From Escherichia phage vB_EcoM_IME392, in sequence record MH719082.1: a DNA stretch of 64,000 bases; one strand, given 5' to 3'. Each line of letters opens with the position of its first letter. The first letter of the stretch is position 1. Positions 18,041 through 28,278 of this stretch are shown one piece after another. A program made the translations under genes and the position numbers. The notes below the pieces were generated by a model. That model saw only the letters and a program-made list of their open reading frames with translations. It was not told where the DNA came from and did not search any database.

Positions 18041-18760
18041 TCAAGGCTTAGCGACGACAGTATAGGCTTCACGAACGATTTCACGAGCTACTTTAGCCGC
18101 ATGCTGAGTACCACAATACTGATGCATGTATTTGAACTGCACAGGTTGTTGCTGGCGAAGATGATTGATATAGCGACGAAGAGTAGGATGTGTGACACTC
18201 TGGTCAGCACCACTCACTACCATCATAAACGCAAACATCTTCAAACTAGCTTCACGTTTAGCAGGATATTTCTGCATGATGTAATCGATTACACCGTTCA
18301 CCAGGAGCTTCAGATCACGAGAACGCGCTATGGGTGATTTCTGGTCTGGGCTAATGGAAGCAGGATCGATTAATTCCACACGACTTTCGCCATCATCGTC
18401 CGTTACGAGAGTAGACTCGTTAAAGGACATTATGTGACGACGATCCATCGTTTCTTTATCTTCGTGACGAGTATCACCAGTTTTAGCCATATAACCAGTT
18501 GGGTTAACTACCCGAAGATACTCATGCGACACGATAGAGTCAGCAACGTATGGATTATTATTGACACGAGCAATGTTACGGTCTAGAGAACGTAAATCTC
18601 CTGAATCTAATGCGCTATCATAGAAGGATAAGTCGATGTACTCGTCCCCAGTGTTAGCAATGTTGAATGTTTCATGGAACTTATAGTTAGCGGTCATTGG
18701 TCTATCCCAATTAGAGAATTCAAAGAGCGACCGCGAGGCCGCTCGGTTACCTGCTATCAA
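18041..18760 (-). CDS. hypothetical protein (between the two RNAP genes)
   Basis: ORF track. Confidence 0.5.
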   Translation of the reverse strand: MIAGNRAASRSLFEFSNWDRPMTANYKFHETFNIANTGDEYIDLSFYDSALDSGDLRSLDRNIARVNNNPYVADSIVSHEYLRVVNPTGYMAKTGDTRHEDKETMDRRHIMSFNESTLVTDDDGESRVELIDPASISPDQKSPIARSRDLKLLVNGVIDYIMQKYPAKREASLKMFAFMMVVSGADQSVTHPTLRRYINHLRQQQPVQFKYMHQYCGTQHAAKVAREIVREAYTVVAKP

Positions 18761-19095
18761 AGCGCGAAGTAATACCAGTCACCATAAACGCGAATCAGCA
18801 CTTCCTGACTTTCTGCGTCCACATTAGTGAAGTAGAAGCTACCGAATCCGAACTCCAGAGACTCACCAGTCTGCATGAGATCTGCCATTTCATCCATGAA
18901 CTTATCGAAGTCTGGATCACGGTCCTGAACTACAGCGACTTCCACCTCCTTGGCGTACAATTCAGAACGACCAATATGAGGAGCAGCCTGGCGGAACTCC
19001 ATTACAGCACCACGAGCCAGATTTTCCTCAGCAGCATCCCGAACAGAGTCAGTATCGATTGTAGCGAAAGATTTAATCGCATTTAAACGTGACAT
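18757..19095 (-). CDS. hypothetical protein
   Basis: ORF track. Confidence 0.45.
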   Translation of the reverse strand: MSRLNAIKSFATIDTDSVRDAAEENLARGAVMEFRQAAPHIGRSELYAKEVEVAVVQDRDPDFDKFMDEMADLMQTGESLEFGFGSFYFTNVDAESQEVLIRVYGDWYYFAL

Positions 19096-19123
19096 AGTAT
19101 TAGCTCCAAATTAGATTATCCAG

Positions 19124-19196
19124 TGAAGCGCGACCGCACCCCACCCAAAAGAACGGGCTTTATGAGCTCCCAAAAATCGGTTATTTGAAAAATAAA
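19124..19196 (-). repeat. composite conserved intergenic element, family B, copy 3
   Basis: CACCCAAAAGAACGGGCTTTA...CCCAAAAATCGGTTATTTGAAAAATAA. Confidence 0.5.
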
Positions 19197-19202
19197 TTTC
19201 AA

Positions 19203-19895
19203 TTATTTTTGGTTAGGAGGCATCTTGCGAGAGCGACGATAGTTAATCATCGTACATGCACAGTTACGCTTATCCTGAGTCTCATAGATAATTGCGCTGG
19301 ATAATTCCACATTAGACAATAGCAGAGTCATTACCCGACCTTGGGAAGACAGATCCTGGATGCGCTGCTTATTGATGAACTCTCTTACGGTTTCCTTAGA
19401 GTACAGCTTACGATCTCTACGTCCGCAAGTAATCACGTCTTCTATGGGGACCACCATATCCCCTAGTTCCTTAATTATGAAACGATCATCTGTTATGATA
19501 ATAGGGAACGACTTCAATAGTTCTTCCACAATCCGTAGAATACCATTGCCCATTCCGTAATACCGCCGATTACTAATATCGTCAATAAGATTATGTCGAT
19601 ATTTTTCATTAATATAGGTTTTGTGGGTAGCCAACAGATAGTACAGTTGCATACCACCGAACCCTTCACATGCCAGATTTCTCCGGAGTACCGCCTTACT
19701 TCCTGCGATAGTGAAGTTTCTGATAGGATACCAATCAGTGGTCCAAAAGTCGTCTATGTCGTCTATATGCGACTCTATTCCATTATACCAGACTGGCTGT
19801 AGGGCATCTGTACCTATGAATTTACGACCCTCGTAGCATATACTGTCCCCTACCGTATGGATCAGCAGGGGATTATAGATCTTGCCCACATCCAT
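19203..19895 (-). CDS. hypothetical protein
   Basis: ORF track. Confidence 0.5.
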   Translation of the reverse strand: MDVGKIYNPLLIHTVGDSICYEGRKFIGTDALQPVWYNGIESHIDDIDDFWTTDWYPIRNFTIAGSKAVLRRNLACEGFGGMQLYYLLATHKTYINEKYRHNLIDDISNRRYYGMGNGILRIVEELLKSFPIIITDDRFIIKELGDMVVPIEDVITCGRRDRKLYSKETVREFINKQRIQDLSSQGRVMTLLLSNVELSSAIIYETQDKRNCACTMINYRRSRKMPPNQK

Positions 19896-19903
19896 CTCCC
19901 AAG

Positions 19904-21418
19904 TTATTTGTTATTCAGATTTAACCCAGCAATGATCATCTCGGAACGGGTTCCGAAGCTAACATCACCATTAAGCACCGCCGAGGTAAGACGCTGCTTA
20001 ACGTTACCGTGGCCGATAGACTTCAACCAGCTAGGATGCTTCGTAGGGATGGCATCAGCTTTAATCGCCAGTACCTCACCTTTATCACCCATGCTGCGAA
20101 CGCCGATTCGTCCGTTATTCATCTTAACTAGATCAGTACATCCACGAGCAATGATCTCATGGTGAATCGATGCGATACCGATACCGATGTCGTCGAAGAT
20201 ATGCTTAAGCTGGATTGATGCTAGCTCTGCACCCTTAATAGCCGAACCAGTTTCGTGGGCAAGATCCGTGATGCACTTATACTTAGACTCAGATACCTGA
20301 GCCACCGCAGTACCTCGGCCACCTACCGTCTTCAGGATATCAGCCAAGGTATTACTTACCGAGGTACCGAATTCCTTAAGCGTAGTCGAACCAGATGTAT
20401 GCTTACCACGAAGACCAGCCTGAGTAGATGGTTCAGATATATGCTGCGCCGACGCCGTTCCAATACCGAAGTTAATCGGGAAGAAGTTAGCTGGCTTAGC
20501 CGGATCCATACCGCAGCAATGCTGACATACCCCACCCTTAGTTGATTCACAGGTAATCGGGCTAAGAACTTTCACATTACCTTCTTCATCTGCTAACTGA
20601 TCAACATTCTCTTTAGTGACCATTACTCGGTCGCTAGTGAATCGATACAGTGCCGATTTCTTAGGTAAGGTAATCACTTCCTTAGTTCCACAGTCCTCTT
20701 CGACAATAGACAGCTCTCTGGAACAGTTAACTAGCTGGCGAGCGAACCACCCAGTCGCAGGTACCAGGAAGAAGTTACCAGCCAGACCCTTACGTGCAGG
20801 TCCGCAGGTATTGAAGTAGTTGATCGGAGATAATCCAGAGCTTAAGTTCTCCATGATCGGCATCGGCATGATCTTACCAGTCATACCCACCAGAAGACCC
20901 TTAGCTACCACCATCGAACGAACCTGGGGAGGAGATACACGAGCACCGGATACACCCATCGCATACAGAGGATTATGACGGTCCACTTCTTTGAACCAGC
21001 GATCAGTACATTCGTTGATCACCTTATCAGCAGCAGCCAGACGATCCTCATACCCCATCTTACCAAGCTCCTGGGTCATAGCTGGGAAGTCAATACCGAA
21101 GTCAAACTTAGTATCGTCATAGCACAGGCTAAGTCCAGACATAGTTGCTTTATGGAATCCGAACTGCTGCAACTTATGTAATCTACGCCCAGCTACTTCC
21201 GGAGTGTAGTTATTATTGATGTGAGAGACGATCTTCGCAGATTCCTTCTTATCGATTTCTTTCTCTGGAAGATAGCCACTGATTTCCCAAATAAACAGTC
21301 GACCGATAGTAGTTTCTTTAGGACCATCAGAGAAGTAAAAACGCACCGGAGTGGTGTAGGTTGCTTCTTTCATATCAATAAGACGGTGTAATTCATTCAA
21401 GGACTTTGATACGATCAT
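19904..21418 (-). CDS. multisubunit RNA polymerase beta-prime subunit, C-terminal portion
   Basis: GVSGARVSPPQVRSM...GPARKGLAGN, EEDCGT, GVCQHCCGMD, ASAQHISEPSTQ blocks colinear with bacterial beta-prime C-terminal half. Confidence 0.8.
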   Translation of the reverse strand: MIVSKSLNELHRLIDMKEATYTTPVRFYFSDGPKETTIGRLFIWEISGYLPEKEIDKKESAKIVSHINNNYTPEVAGRRLHKLQQFGFHKATMSGLSLCYDDTKFDFGIDFPAMTQELGKMGYEDRLAAADKVINECTDRWFKEVDRHNPLYAMGVSGARVSPPQVRSMVVAKGLLVGMTGKIMPMPIMENLSSGLSPINYFNTCGPARKGLAGNFFLVPATGWFARQLVNCSRELSIVEEDCGTKEVITLPKKSALYRFTSDRVMVTKENVDQLADEEGNVKVLSPITCESTKGGVCQHCCGMDPAKPANFFPINFGIGTASAQHISEPSTQAGLRGKHTSGSTTLKEFGTSVSNTLADILKTVGGRGTAVAQVSESKYKCITDLAHETGSAIKGAELASIQLKHIFDDIGIGIASIHHEIIARGCTDLVKMNNGRIGVRSMGDKGEVLAIKADAIPTKHPSWLKSIGHGNVKQRLTSAVLNGDVSFGTRSEMIIAGLNLNNK

Positions 21419-21437
21419 TACTTAATTCTCCAAATTA

Positions 21438-21752
21438 TTATGCAGCTACGGATAAGTTTTCAAGGTAACTAACCACTCGGTCGGAATGGCGGAAGATCTT
21501 CGGATCCTGAGGTAAGTCAGTAGCGAAGTTGTGGAAGATCTTGTAGTAGATCTCCCGACGCTGCTCGTCGTTCTTATGAGGAACTCGAACAGTTATGGAA
21601 ATAGTCTGATCTCCCTTATCCACCAGGATGTACGGGAAACCTGTAGAGGAAGCAAATACCCCACGGTAGTTAACACGGTCGAACAGATTACTGAGCATCT
21701 GATACGATTTACGCTGGCGGAAAGTAGCCTTAGACAGATCAAAGTACTGCAT
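21438..21752 (-). CDS. hypothetical protein (104 aa)
   Basis: Internal ATG at 21752 with GGAGA RBS. Confidence 0.4.
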   Translation of the reverse strand: MQYFDLSKATFRQRKSYQMLSNLFDRVNYRGVFASSTGFPYILVDKGDQTISITVRVPHKNDEQRREIYYKIFHNFATDLPQDPKIFRHSDRVVSYLENLSVAA

Positions 21753-22083
21753 TGATAATCTCCTCAGCCTGATGATCAACCAGGAATACTCCACACTGAC
21801 CATCATAACCAATACGCTGCGAATTAAAGCCGTACACAGTAATAACTTCTGATATCCCATCGATAGGATCAGTTTCACCAGAACGAATCACTGGGTAACG
21901 ACCAGACAGGATATACTGCTCAATCACCATGGCCCAGTGATCGTTATGAGACGACCCAGCCACAACCTTATCAGGATCGGTGAGGATCAGGTCAGCGAAC
22001 TTACGCAGAGCGGCCTCCTCGAAGCCATCAACATCTGCCAAGGTTACCAGACCATGCTCCTTCTTGAACTCGTCACTAATCAT
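21739..22083 (-). CDS. hypothetical protein
   Basis: ORF track. Confidence 0.45.
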   Translation of the reverse strand: MISDEFKKEHGLVTLADVDGFEEAALRKFADLILTDPDKVVAGSSHNDHWAMVIEQYILSGRYPVIRSGETDPIDGISEVITVYGFNSQRIGYDGQCGVFLVDHQAEEIINAVL

Positions 22084-22547
22084 AAAGCCTCCAGAACTAA
22101 GTGGACGTTATTCCCTACGCTGTCATTTACAACGATATGGGATTTAAACTTATACATTTCGTTGATCACATCAGTCATGTGAATCACCGGAATATACACT
22201 CGGTCAGAACCAACTACTGCAACTTCATTAAGCCAGTCATAGTCGATTTCATGGGTCTTCAGGAGATTTATGAGATCACGGTACATAAGGCTTACAGACT
22301 TGATTCCACCACTCATACGAGCAGACCAGTCTGTAGCCGGAACTGATTCAATTTCCTTCCTACCTTTCATCTTACGGCGAAAGATGGCGGACTGAACGTT
22401 CCATAACTCTGAGAATTCTTGATCGGGGATTTCTCGACCATGCTTGGTCCGAGAGACCAGTCGAGCTTGAGGATCGGCATTAGGACGGAACTGCTCAGCG
22501 ATAGAAGGAGCAGCTTGTTGGAAGGCAGCGAAAAGGGATGTAGACAT
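22080..22547 (-). CDS. hypothetical protein (155 aa)
   Basis: Internal ATG at 22547 with GGAGA RBS; longer ORF would overlap conserved element. Confidence 0.45.
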   Translation of the reverse strand: MSTSLFAAFQQAAPSIAEQFRPNADPQARLVSRTKHGREIPDQEFSELWNVQSAIFRRKMKGRKEIESVPATDWSARMSGGIKSVSLMYRDLINLLKTHEIDYDWLNEVAVVGSDRVYIPVIHMTDVINEMYKFKSHIVVNDSVGNNVHLVLEAL

Positions 22548-22584
22548 GACTTTCTCCAGTCTTTCAAGGTCGCAGGCAACGCGA

Positions 22585-22675
22585 CGGATCATTCGGCGGG
22601 AAACGCCCCGCCCCAAGTGAACGGGCTGTGGGGCGTCTCAAACTTCGCCAGGAAGCGTCTTTTTGAAACTATTTT
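22585..22675 (-). repeat. composite conserved intergenic element, family B, divergent copy
   Basis: GGCGGG-aaacg-CCCCGCC hairpin + CCCAAGTGAACGGGCT... + T-rich tail. Confidence 0.35.
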
Positions 22676-22678
22676 TGA

Positions 22679-22918
22679 TTAGAATCCCTGGGTAGCAATC
22701 ATGTAAACCAGGTTAGTTATCCCAGCCTCATCCGAGGAATCAAGGCCGATTCCTTTAAGGACTTCTGCAGGAACATGCTCACGAATAGCCGGAACCAGAG
22801 CAGCATGGTTACCTTTATCAAACTCTTCCCAAGACTCAGCTGGGATTGCCTCGACCAGTTCACTGAAAGAGGTGGTAGTGATGATTTCATCGTAGCGGGA
22901 TTGAGAAATGATTGTCAT
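22679..22918 (-). CDS. hypothetical protein
   Basis: ORF track; TATAAT and GGAG upstream. Confidence 0.45.
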   Translation of the reverse strand: MTIISQSRYDEIITTTSFSELVEAIPAESWEEFDKGNHAALVPAIREHVPAEVLKGIGLDSSDEAGITNLVYMIATQGF

Positions 22919-22943
22919 GATTTAACTCCGTATTATAATGAAC

Positions 22944-23048
22944 GGCGAAGCGGCCAACCCGCTCCACCCAAAAGAACGGGCTTATCTGACGTCCAAAGTT
23001 CGTTTTATTTTTCAAAAACATTTCGACAATGAAAAATATTTTTGAAAA
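22944..23048 (-). repeat. composite conserved intergenic element, family B, copy 4
   Basis: CACCCAAAAGAACGGGCTTA...GTTCGTTTTATTTTTCAAAAA...TTTGAAAAATA. Confidence 0.45.
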
Positions 23049-23051
23049 ATA

Positions 23052-23065
23052 GGCCATCCCTGGCC
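23052..23065 (-). terminator. intrinsic terminator-like hairpin
   Basis: GGCCA-GGGA-UGGCC followed by UAUUUUUC, just after stop of 23073-24533. Confidence 0.45.
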
Positions 23066-23072
23066 TAATGAA

Positions 23073-24533
23073 TCAGCGAGCTTTGCTGATTGCCTGGGTA
23101 ATACGTTGGGACTGTTTACGCCAGGATTGCTGCAGACGAGGATTAAGCTTCATGATTACAGACATAATCATGGCTAGTACTCCGCGCTTAGCCTTAGGAC
23201 TACCAGACTTAGCATCCTTCAGGTATTTACGAGCCACAGTTTTAATATCCTGGGATGGCCAGGTCTTAATGACTGGTGACTTAACCTGCTTAGCTAGCGC
23301 TACGAAAATTACCAGAGTGCTGATAAGGTCGGAGGTACGTACAGAGCCTTTACCACCCATCAGTACTTCGATAACCTTGTTAACGCGACGGAGCACTTCC
23401 GACGGAGCTGCTTCGTCTACTCCCTCAGGCATAGCCGTACTCTCAGAAGCAGATAGCTTCCAGGAGTTAGCAGTAGCCATATCGGTAGTGTAACATGCTG
23501 ACAGCTCATCGTCGGATGCTTCGGACAGATTCATGAACTCGTTCTTAGTCGGGTTCCAAACCATATCCTTGTACTTAATGTACCAGCGACCACCATCGTC
23601 TTTGATCATATCAGGGACTTCACCCTTAGACAGATCTTCGTTGACAGATCGTCCCATCAACCAGCGGTAAACAGGTTTCAGATCCCAGCGACCATCAGGA
23701 GTAACCTTCACATCCTGGCCAGTCAGATCCTTAATTACCTGAGTTACGTTATCGCCAGTCTGGTTGATCTTATGGTTAGTCACCAGCTGCGCTACGGACT
23801 TCTTATTACCCTGATCGTCGGTACGTTCTGCACCACGTAAGATCATGGTGGAGTTAATCTGGTCCATAGTGAATCCAGCATCGATAAGACGCTTGATCTG
23901 AGCCATGACCTGATCATACTCCTTCGGCAGCTTATCTACGAACTCGTTGAGCTGCAGACCAGCACCAGCAGTCATGCTACCACGACCCGCCGCATCACCG
24001 GTAGTCAGTCGAGCAATAACAACCAGTTTAGAACTGGAAGATAGCTTAGGATGGTTAATGAATTTCGACAGAAAATCATTTACCGTAGTGATCTCTTCAG
24101 GGTTATTAGCACGGTTGCTAGATGCCAGTTCTGTGAACATACCCATAGCGGAACCATCCGGAGTCTCATAAGCATCCATCATATTCAGCTGGGTAGAACC
24201 ACCTTCCCCATCTTCGGCGAAGAATGCATCAGCTGAGAACGTACCAGAACGAACTTCTTTCTGGACGAACTCACGCATCAGGTTCTTAGCCATCTGAGGA
24301 GACATCATCATCAGGTAGGAATAGTAGTCACGCAGGTTAGCATCACTGGTATTCTGCATCTTGCGGAACATAGTGTACCACTGGGATGAACGACCATTCT
24401 TCTCGATGTCAGCAATCGCATGATCCAACATACGCTGGTCAATAAATCGCTCAACGTCAGCAAGCGCCTCGTCTACTTCTTCGCCGAATCCAGCAACAGA
24501 TAGCAGGACAGCGGCTTTATTTAAGTTTTCCAT
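23073..24533 (-). CDS. hypothetical protein (486 aa)
   Basis: ORF track; followed by hairpin plus U-tract. Confidence 0.55.
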   Translation of the reverse strand: MENLNKAAVLLSVAGFGEEVDEALADVERFIDQRMLDHAIADIEKNGRSSQWYTMFRKMQNTSDANLRDYYSYLMMMSPQMAKNLMREFVQKEVRSGTFSADAFFAEDGEGGSTQLNMMDAYETPDGSAMGMFTELASSNRANNPEEITTVNDFLSKFINHPKLSSSSKLVVIARLTTGDAAGRGSMTAGAGLQLNEFVDKLPKEYDQVMAQIKRLIDAGFTMDQINSTMILRGAERTDDQGNKKSVAQLVTNHKINQTGDNVTQVIKDLTGQDVKVTPDGRWDLKPVYRWLMGRSVNEDLSKGEVPDMIKDDGGRWYIKYKDMVWNPTKNEFMNLSEASDDELSACYTTDMATANSWKLSASESTAMPEGVDEAAPSEVLRRVNKVIEVLMGGKGSVRTSDLISTLVIFVALAKQVKSPVIKTWPSQDIKTVARKYLKDAKSGSPKAKRGVLAMIMSVIMKLNPRLQQSWRKQSQRITQAISKAR

Positions 24534-24638
24534 CTTAAATCCTTATTTAAGTGATCACACGCGAGAAATAAATGGGATGATCAGTCCCTACTCGCTAAGT
24601 GGTGAACGGATTCATCCGTGTAGTCTCCGTCCACCAGA

Positions 24639-24669
24639 TTAACAGCCTTTCGAGTCATCAAAAGAGCGG
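24639..24669 (-). promoter_or_regulatory. 31-bp conserved intergenic motif
   Basis: Consensus match; about 105 nt upstream of start at 24533. Confidence 0.5.
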
Positions 24670-24671
24670 TT

Positions 24672-24941
24672 TTATCGAATTAGCCCATACTTCCATGCCA
24701 TTACATGCGCAGGTTCGTTATGAGCGAAGAATGCGGTACCCTTCTTGGTAGTAAGCACCAAACATGGCTTATTTCCCATCATATCAGCCATGCTAGCTAC
24801 CACAGTCTTCTCAGACCCAGGCTTAGCCGGATCAATGCCCATAGCTATTTTATGAGCAGTTGTCTTACCAGGACGTCTCGGATTAGATACCAAGACTTTA
24901 GGGGAGGCCTTTCGGCCACCCTTACGCTGCTTTCTCGCCAT
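24672..24941 (-). CDS. small basic protein
   Basis: ORF track; Lys/Arg-rich N-terminus. Confidence 0.4.
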   Translation of the reverse strand: MARKQRKGGRKASPKVLVSNPRRPGKTTAHKIAMGIDPAKPGSEKTVVASMADMMGNKPCLVLTTKKGTAFFAHNEPAHVMAWKYGLIR

Positions 24942-27900
24942 GTTTAGGCTCCAGAGTTATTTTAGCCTTAAGCTCGATATACTTACATCCCCAGCCTGTA
25001 CCGTCGGAACGAATACCGGATTTGGAGTTGAAGCTGTTAGCTATAGAGTTTAACTTCTCCTTCTCCTTAAGGATCTCTACGTATGGAGTCCACTGGCTAT
25101 ACTGATCGAGAGCTTCCAGTAGTTTTTCCAATGCAGACTCACGACCCTCAACGATCAGCCATCCGGAACCATCTTCGTTAACTCCATAGTCATCCAGACC
25201 CATCAAGGAACCTCCCCGAGCACCGAATTCGATATCAGTGCGCATAGGCATATCCCAGAGTTCACGAATAGCTCCCTCCATATTCTCACGAGTCTTCTGG
25301 AATACCTTGAACATCTCGTTGATTCCGGATGTGGTATCCAAGGAGTCGTGGACCATGATGTGAGTCTCGGCTTCCATATTGGACTGCTTAAAGTCCTCAT
25401 CCAGGAAATACATACCTGCACCAGCAACCATCGACGAAGTATTCTGGATAGGGTAGTTCACCGAAGTAGAGTTAACGTTGGTACCTTCCAGGTTGATACG
25501 GTTACCGAAGTAGCCATAAGCATACCCAGTCTCGAAGCCATTTTTCTTGGTAGCATCAATCCATGCCTTAAGACCGGTAAACTTACCGAATACCGTGTCC
25601 ATCAGATTCTGAGCACGCTCCATATCACCACCAGTAGCAACCATCGCTACCGATTCAAGGCTAGACTGGTATACTAATGCGAAGTTAATCGCCTTACCAC
25701 CCTTACGCTCAACATCAGTTACTTCAGGTTCAGACTTCTGGTATGCAATAGAGCTAACGAATCGGTGCATGTCACCACCAGATGAGAATACGTTCTTCAT
25801 ATCCGAGTCATCGGCGAACACGCTAACCATCACCAGCTCAGCCTGGCTAAAGTCCTGGTGATACCACAGACCACCCTCCGGCTTAGATACCCAGATGTTA
25901 CGCAGAGTACTGTCGCCAGGAACGTTATGAATACCTGCCTGCCAACGGGATGTAATCGCAGCCAACGAGTTAAAGTCCGGAGTCATGATGTAACAATCTT
26001 CACCATCCTGCAACTTCGGATTATCCCAGTCGTACTTACGAACTCGCAGTGGAGGTAGACCATCACGTAGCTTAGCTGCCCATACCGTCTGACGTCCTAC
26101 CTTACCATCAATGTACGTAGCAATCTGTTTGTAGTGACGCTTATACATCTTCAGGTCAACCATCATACGGAACGATGTATTCCAGGTAGACTCGTCGTCA
26201 GGATTAACTCCCAGCATCAACTGGTGAATAGCCAATTGAGCATCGAGAACATCCGCTTTAAACTTATTCGTGAATCGCTCTTCATAAGCTTCCAGACCGT
26301 CCTGGACGCACATGGCAATTAACTCTCGAACATGCTTAGACTCAGCAGTATCCCCGAATTGGATGATCCTGGTTAAGATCTCATCTACCGGAAACTCCCG
26401 GAAGAATTCCTTCTCCAGCTTCTCCGAATCCTTAGGCACGAATCCCTTAGAGATCGCTAGCAGGGTTTTATCCCAGTAGTCATGCACCTTAAGCTGGTCC
26501 ATTACAGACCATAGCATGGTACACATCTCGACTTCATCGGTAAGATAGGCTTTCCAGAACTTCTCCTTATTAGCCTTATCGTTACTGTTAGGGTTGAAGA
26601 ATCCAGACAGATCAGCAATCTTCCCAGCCAGAGTAGTAACCATCTTACGGCGCTCTTGGCCACCAGGAGTGTACCATACGTTCTCGTACGGCAACTCTCG
26701 ATAGATAAAGTCACGAGCTGTAAGCATCTGGTCAGGAGGTAACTTAAGGTTAGGAATTAGGCTAACCAAGTGCTCCGACATTTTGCTCATGCAATAGTCG
26801 TACTCTTTAGTCGCCTCTTCGTCATCCCAACGAATACCGTTAGCTTCAAAGATAGATGCCAGGTATGGATGTAACATATATACGTTATACCCATCCTTAT
26901 ACTTATCGTAAAACATCTCGTGGATGAACACACCGTACGCGGAGTCATAGCAGCAGTACTCCCCAAGAATCTCACGAGGAATCGCACCCCACTCATATGG
27001 GTAGAACGATGCCAAGTAAATAATCTCGGATTCTTCGAGCTCCTCCGATAGTTCGGCTATCTTATCCAGCATAAACTGGTTGAAGTTAACAGGAACACGA
27101 TTCTTAGCTGCCTTAGTCGGAGCCGCTTCCACGAGTTTCTCGTACTCAGCTTTAAGAGCTAGGTGATGCTCAATATTGAACTCACCGGACTGAATCTCGG
27201 CAATCTGTTCAGGAGTACAACGCTTCTTCATATCCTTGAAGATAGCTGCCCAACGATCCTTCCATTCGTGTACCGACCCTTCCCAGAAGTCTGCATGTAA
27301 ATAACGACGAGCAGCATCTTTCAACGAGCTTCGTTCGCCATGCATAGTCAGAGTTACAATCGCATCTATAAACTTACAGAATACGTCTAACCAGTGCCAC
27401 GTAGTCTTAATCTCGTACGGGCAGTTAAACGCCACGATCTGTTCCTGGAACTTAACCAGGAAGTCACGCAGGAATCCGAGCTGCTCCGGAGTCTCTTTAC
27501 CGGTAACATTATACCATACAGACTTGGCATCCTTATCACCAATCTTCTTAGCGATACTGAATCCAGTGATCCGGAAGTCTACCGAGAATAAATCAGCTGC
27601 GTTAGACTCATAGTCGAGGCCGAGATAGCCTTTGTACCCAGACCACATAATGTCGTTAAGGAACTCCTGGAGGCCGTTCCAGTCGACGAATTCCCACTCT
27701 ACATTATACTCGGATTCTTTCTGGCCGAATACCAGAAACTTAAAACGATCAATCCACGAATCCAGTAGGCCAGGATCAGAATCCAGATTACGTTCAACCT
27801 GGGCATGGTGCATGACTACAGCTAGCTTAAAGTTATACTCCGGTATGTTACCCAGAGGGAACTTCAGCAACTTATCCAGAGTCTTCTTATGCGTGTAACC

Positions 27901-28209
27901 TGGAGATATAGTCGCAGCTAATTGGCGACCCAAAGTCATTACATGCTTAACGCCATGCTTTTCACACAGCTCGTAAAAGTTGAGACCATCCTTATCACGG
28001 ATTTCGTCTATGTTAGACAGCTCTTCGAAAGTACCATCTCTGTTGATCTCTATCAGACCAACTTTGTTATGTACCCCAGCTGTAATTAGCGCTACATCAA
28101 GAGTTTGGCCAGCATTCGATGCAGCAAACGGAGGAGCATCATTATTCTCGCGCTCGTCCCCGATAATGACATAGTCTACTTCGCCAACTAAATTGTGATT
28201 CAGAAACAT
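24922..28209 (-). CDS. family A DNA polymerase
   Basis: Motif A DFSQAELV, motif B RKGGKAINFALVYQ, motif C VHDSLD; ATG at 28209 with GGAG RBS (ORF-track start at 28221 is TTG). Confidence 0.8.
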   Translation of the reverse strand: MFLNHNLVGEVDYVIIGDERENNDAPPFAASNAGQTLDVALITAGVHNKVGLIEINRDGTFEELSNIDEIRDKDGLNFYELCEKHGVKHVMTLGRQLAATISPGYTHKKTLDKLLKFPLGNIPEYNFKLAVVMHHAQVERNLDSDPGLLDSWIDRFKFLVFGQKESEYNVEWEFVDWNGLQEFLNDIMWSGYKGYLGLDYESNAADLFSVDFRITGFSIAKKIGDKDAKSVWYNVTGKETPEQLGFLRDFLVKFQEQIVAFNCPYEIKTTWHWLDVFCKFIDAIVTLTMHGERSSLKDAARRYLHADFWEGSVHEWKDRWAAIFKDMKKRCTPEQIAEIQSGEFNIEHHLALKAEYEKLVEAAPTKAAKNRVPVNFNQFMLDKIAELSEELEESEIIYLASFYPYEWGAIPREILGEYCCYDSAYGVFIHEMFYDKYKDGYNVYMLHPYLASIFEANGIRWDDEEATKEYDYCMSKMSEHLVSLIPNLKLPPDQMLTARDFIYRELPYENVWYTPGGQERRKMVTTLAGKIADLSGFFNPNSNDKANKEKFWKAYLTDEVEMCTMLWSVMDQLKVHDYWDKTLLAISKGFVPKDSEKLEKEFFREFPVDEILTRIIQFGDTAESKHVRELIAMCVQDGLEAYEERFTNKFKADVLDAQLAIHQLMLGVNPDDESTWNTSFRMMVDLKMYKRHYKQIATYIDGKVGRQTVWAAKLRDGLPPLRVRKYDWDNPKLQDGEDCYIMTPDFNSLAAITSRWQAGIHNVPGDSTLRNIWVSKPEGGLWYHQDFSQAELVMVSVFADDSDMKNVFSSGGDMHRFVSSIAYQKSEPEVTDVERKGGKAINFALVYQSSLESVAMVATGGDMERAQNLMDTVFGKFTGLKAWIDATKKNGFETGYAYGYFGNRINLEGTNVNSTSVNYPIQNTSSMVAGAGMYFLDEDFKQSNMEAETHIMVHDSLDTTSGINEMFKVFQKTRENMEGAIRELWDMPMRTDIEFGARGGSLMGLDDYGVNEDGSGWLIVEGRESALEKLLEALDQYSQWTPYVEILKEKEKLNSIANSFNSKSGIRSDGTGWGCKYIELKAKITLEPKHGEKAA

Positions 28210-28238
28210 GTTTAACTCCAAAAATAAACCTCCGCCAA

Positions 28239-28270
28239 TTTAACAGCCTTTTAGGCCGCTAAAAAGGCGG
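28239..28270 (-). promoter_or_regulatory. 31-bp conserved intergenic motif
   Basis: Consensus match immediately upstream of DNA polymerase RBS. Confidence 0.5.
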
Positions 28271-28278
28271 AGGTATCT

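Noticed and set aside
23073-24533. 486-aa ORF as an RNAP beta-subunit fragment
   Set aside because: Lacks beta hallmarks (GEMEVWA, RHGNKG, SRxT blocks); left as hypothetical.
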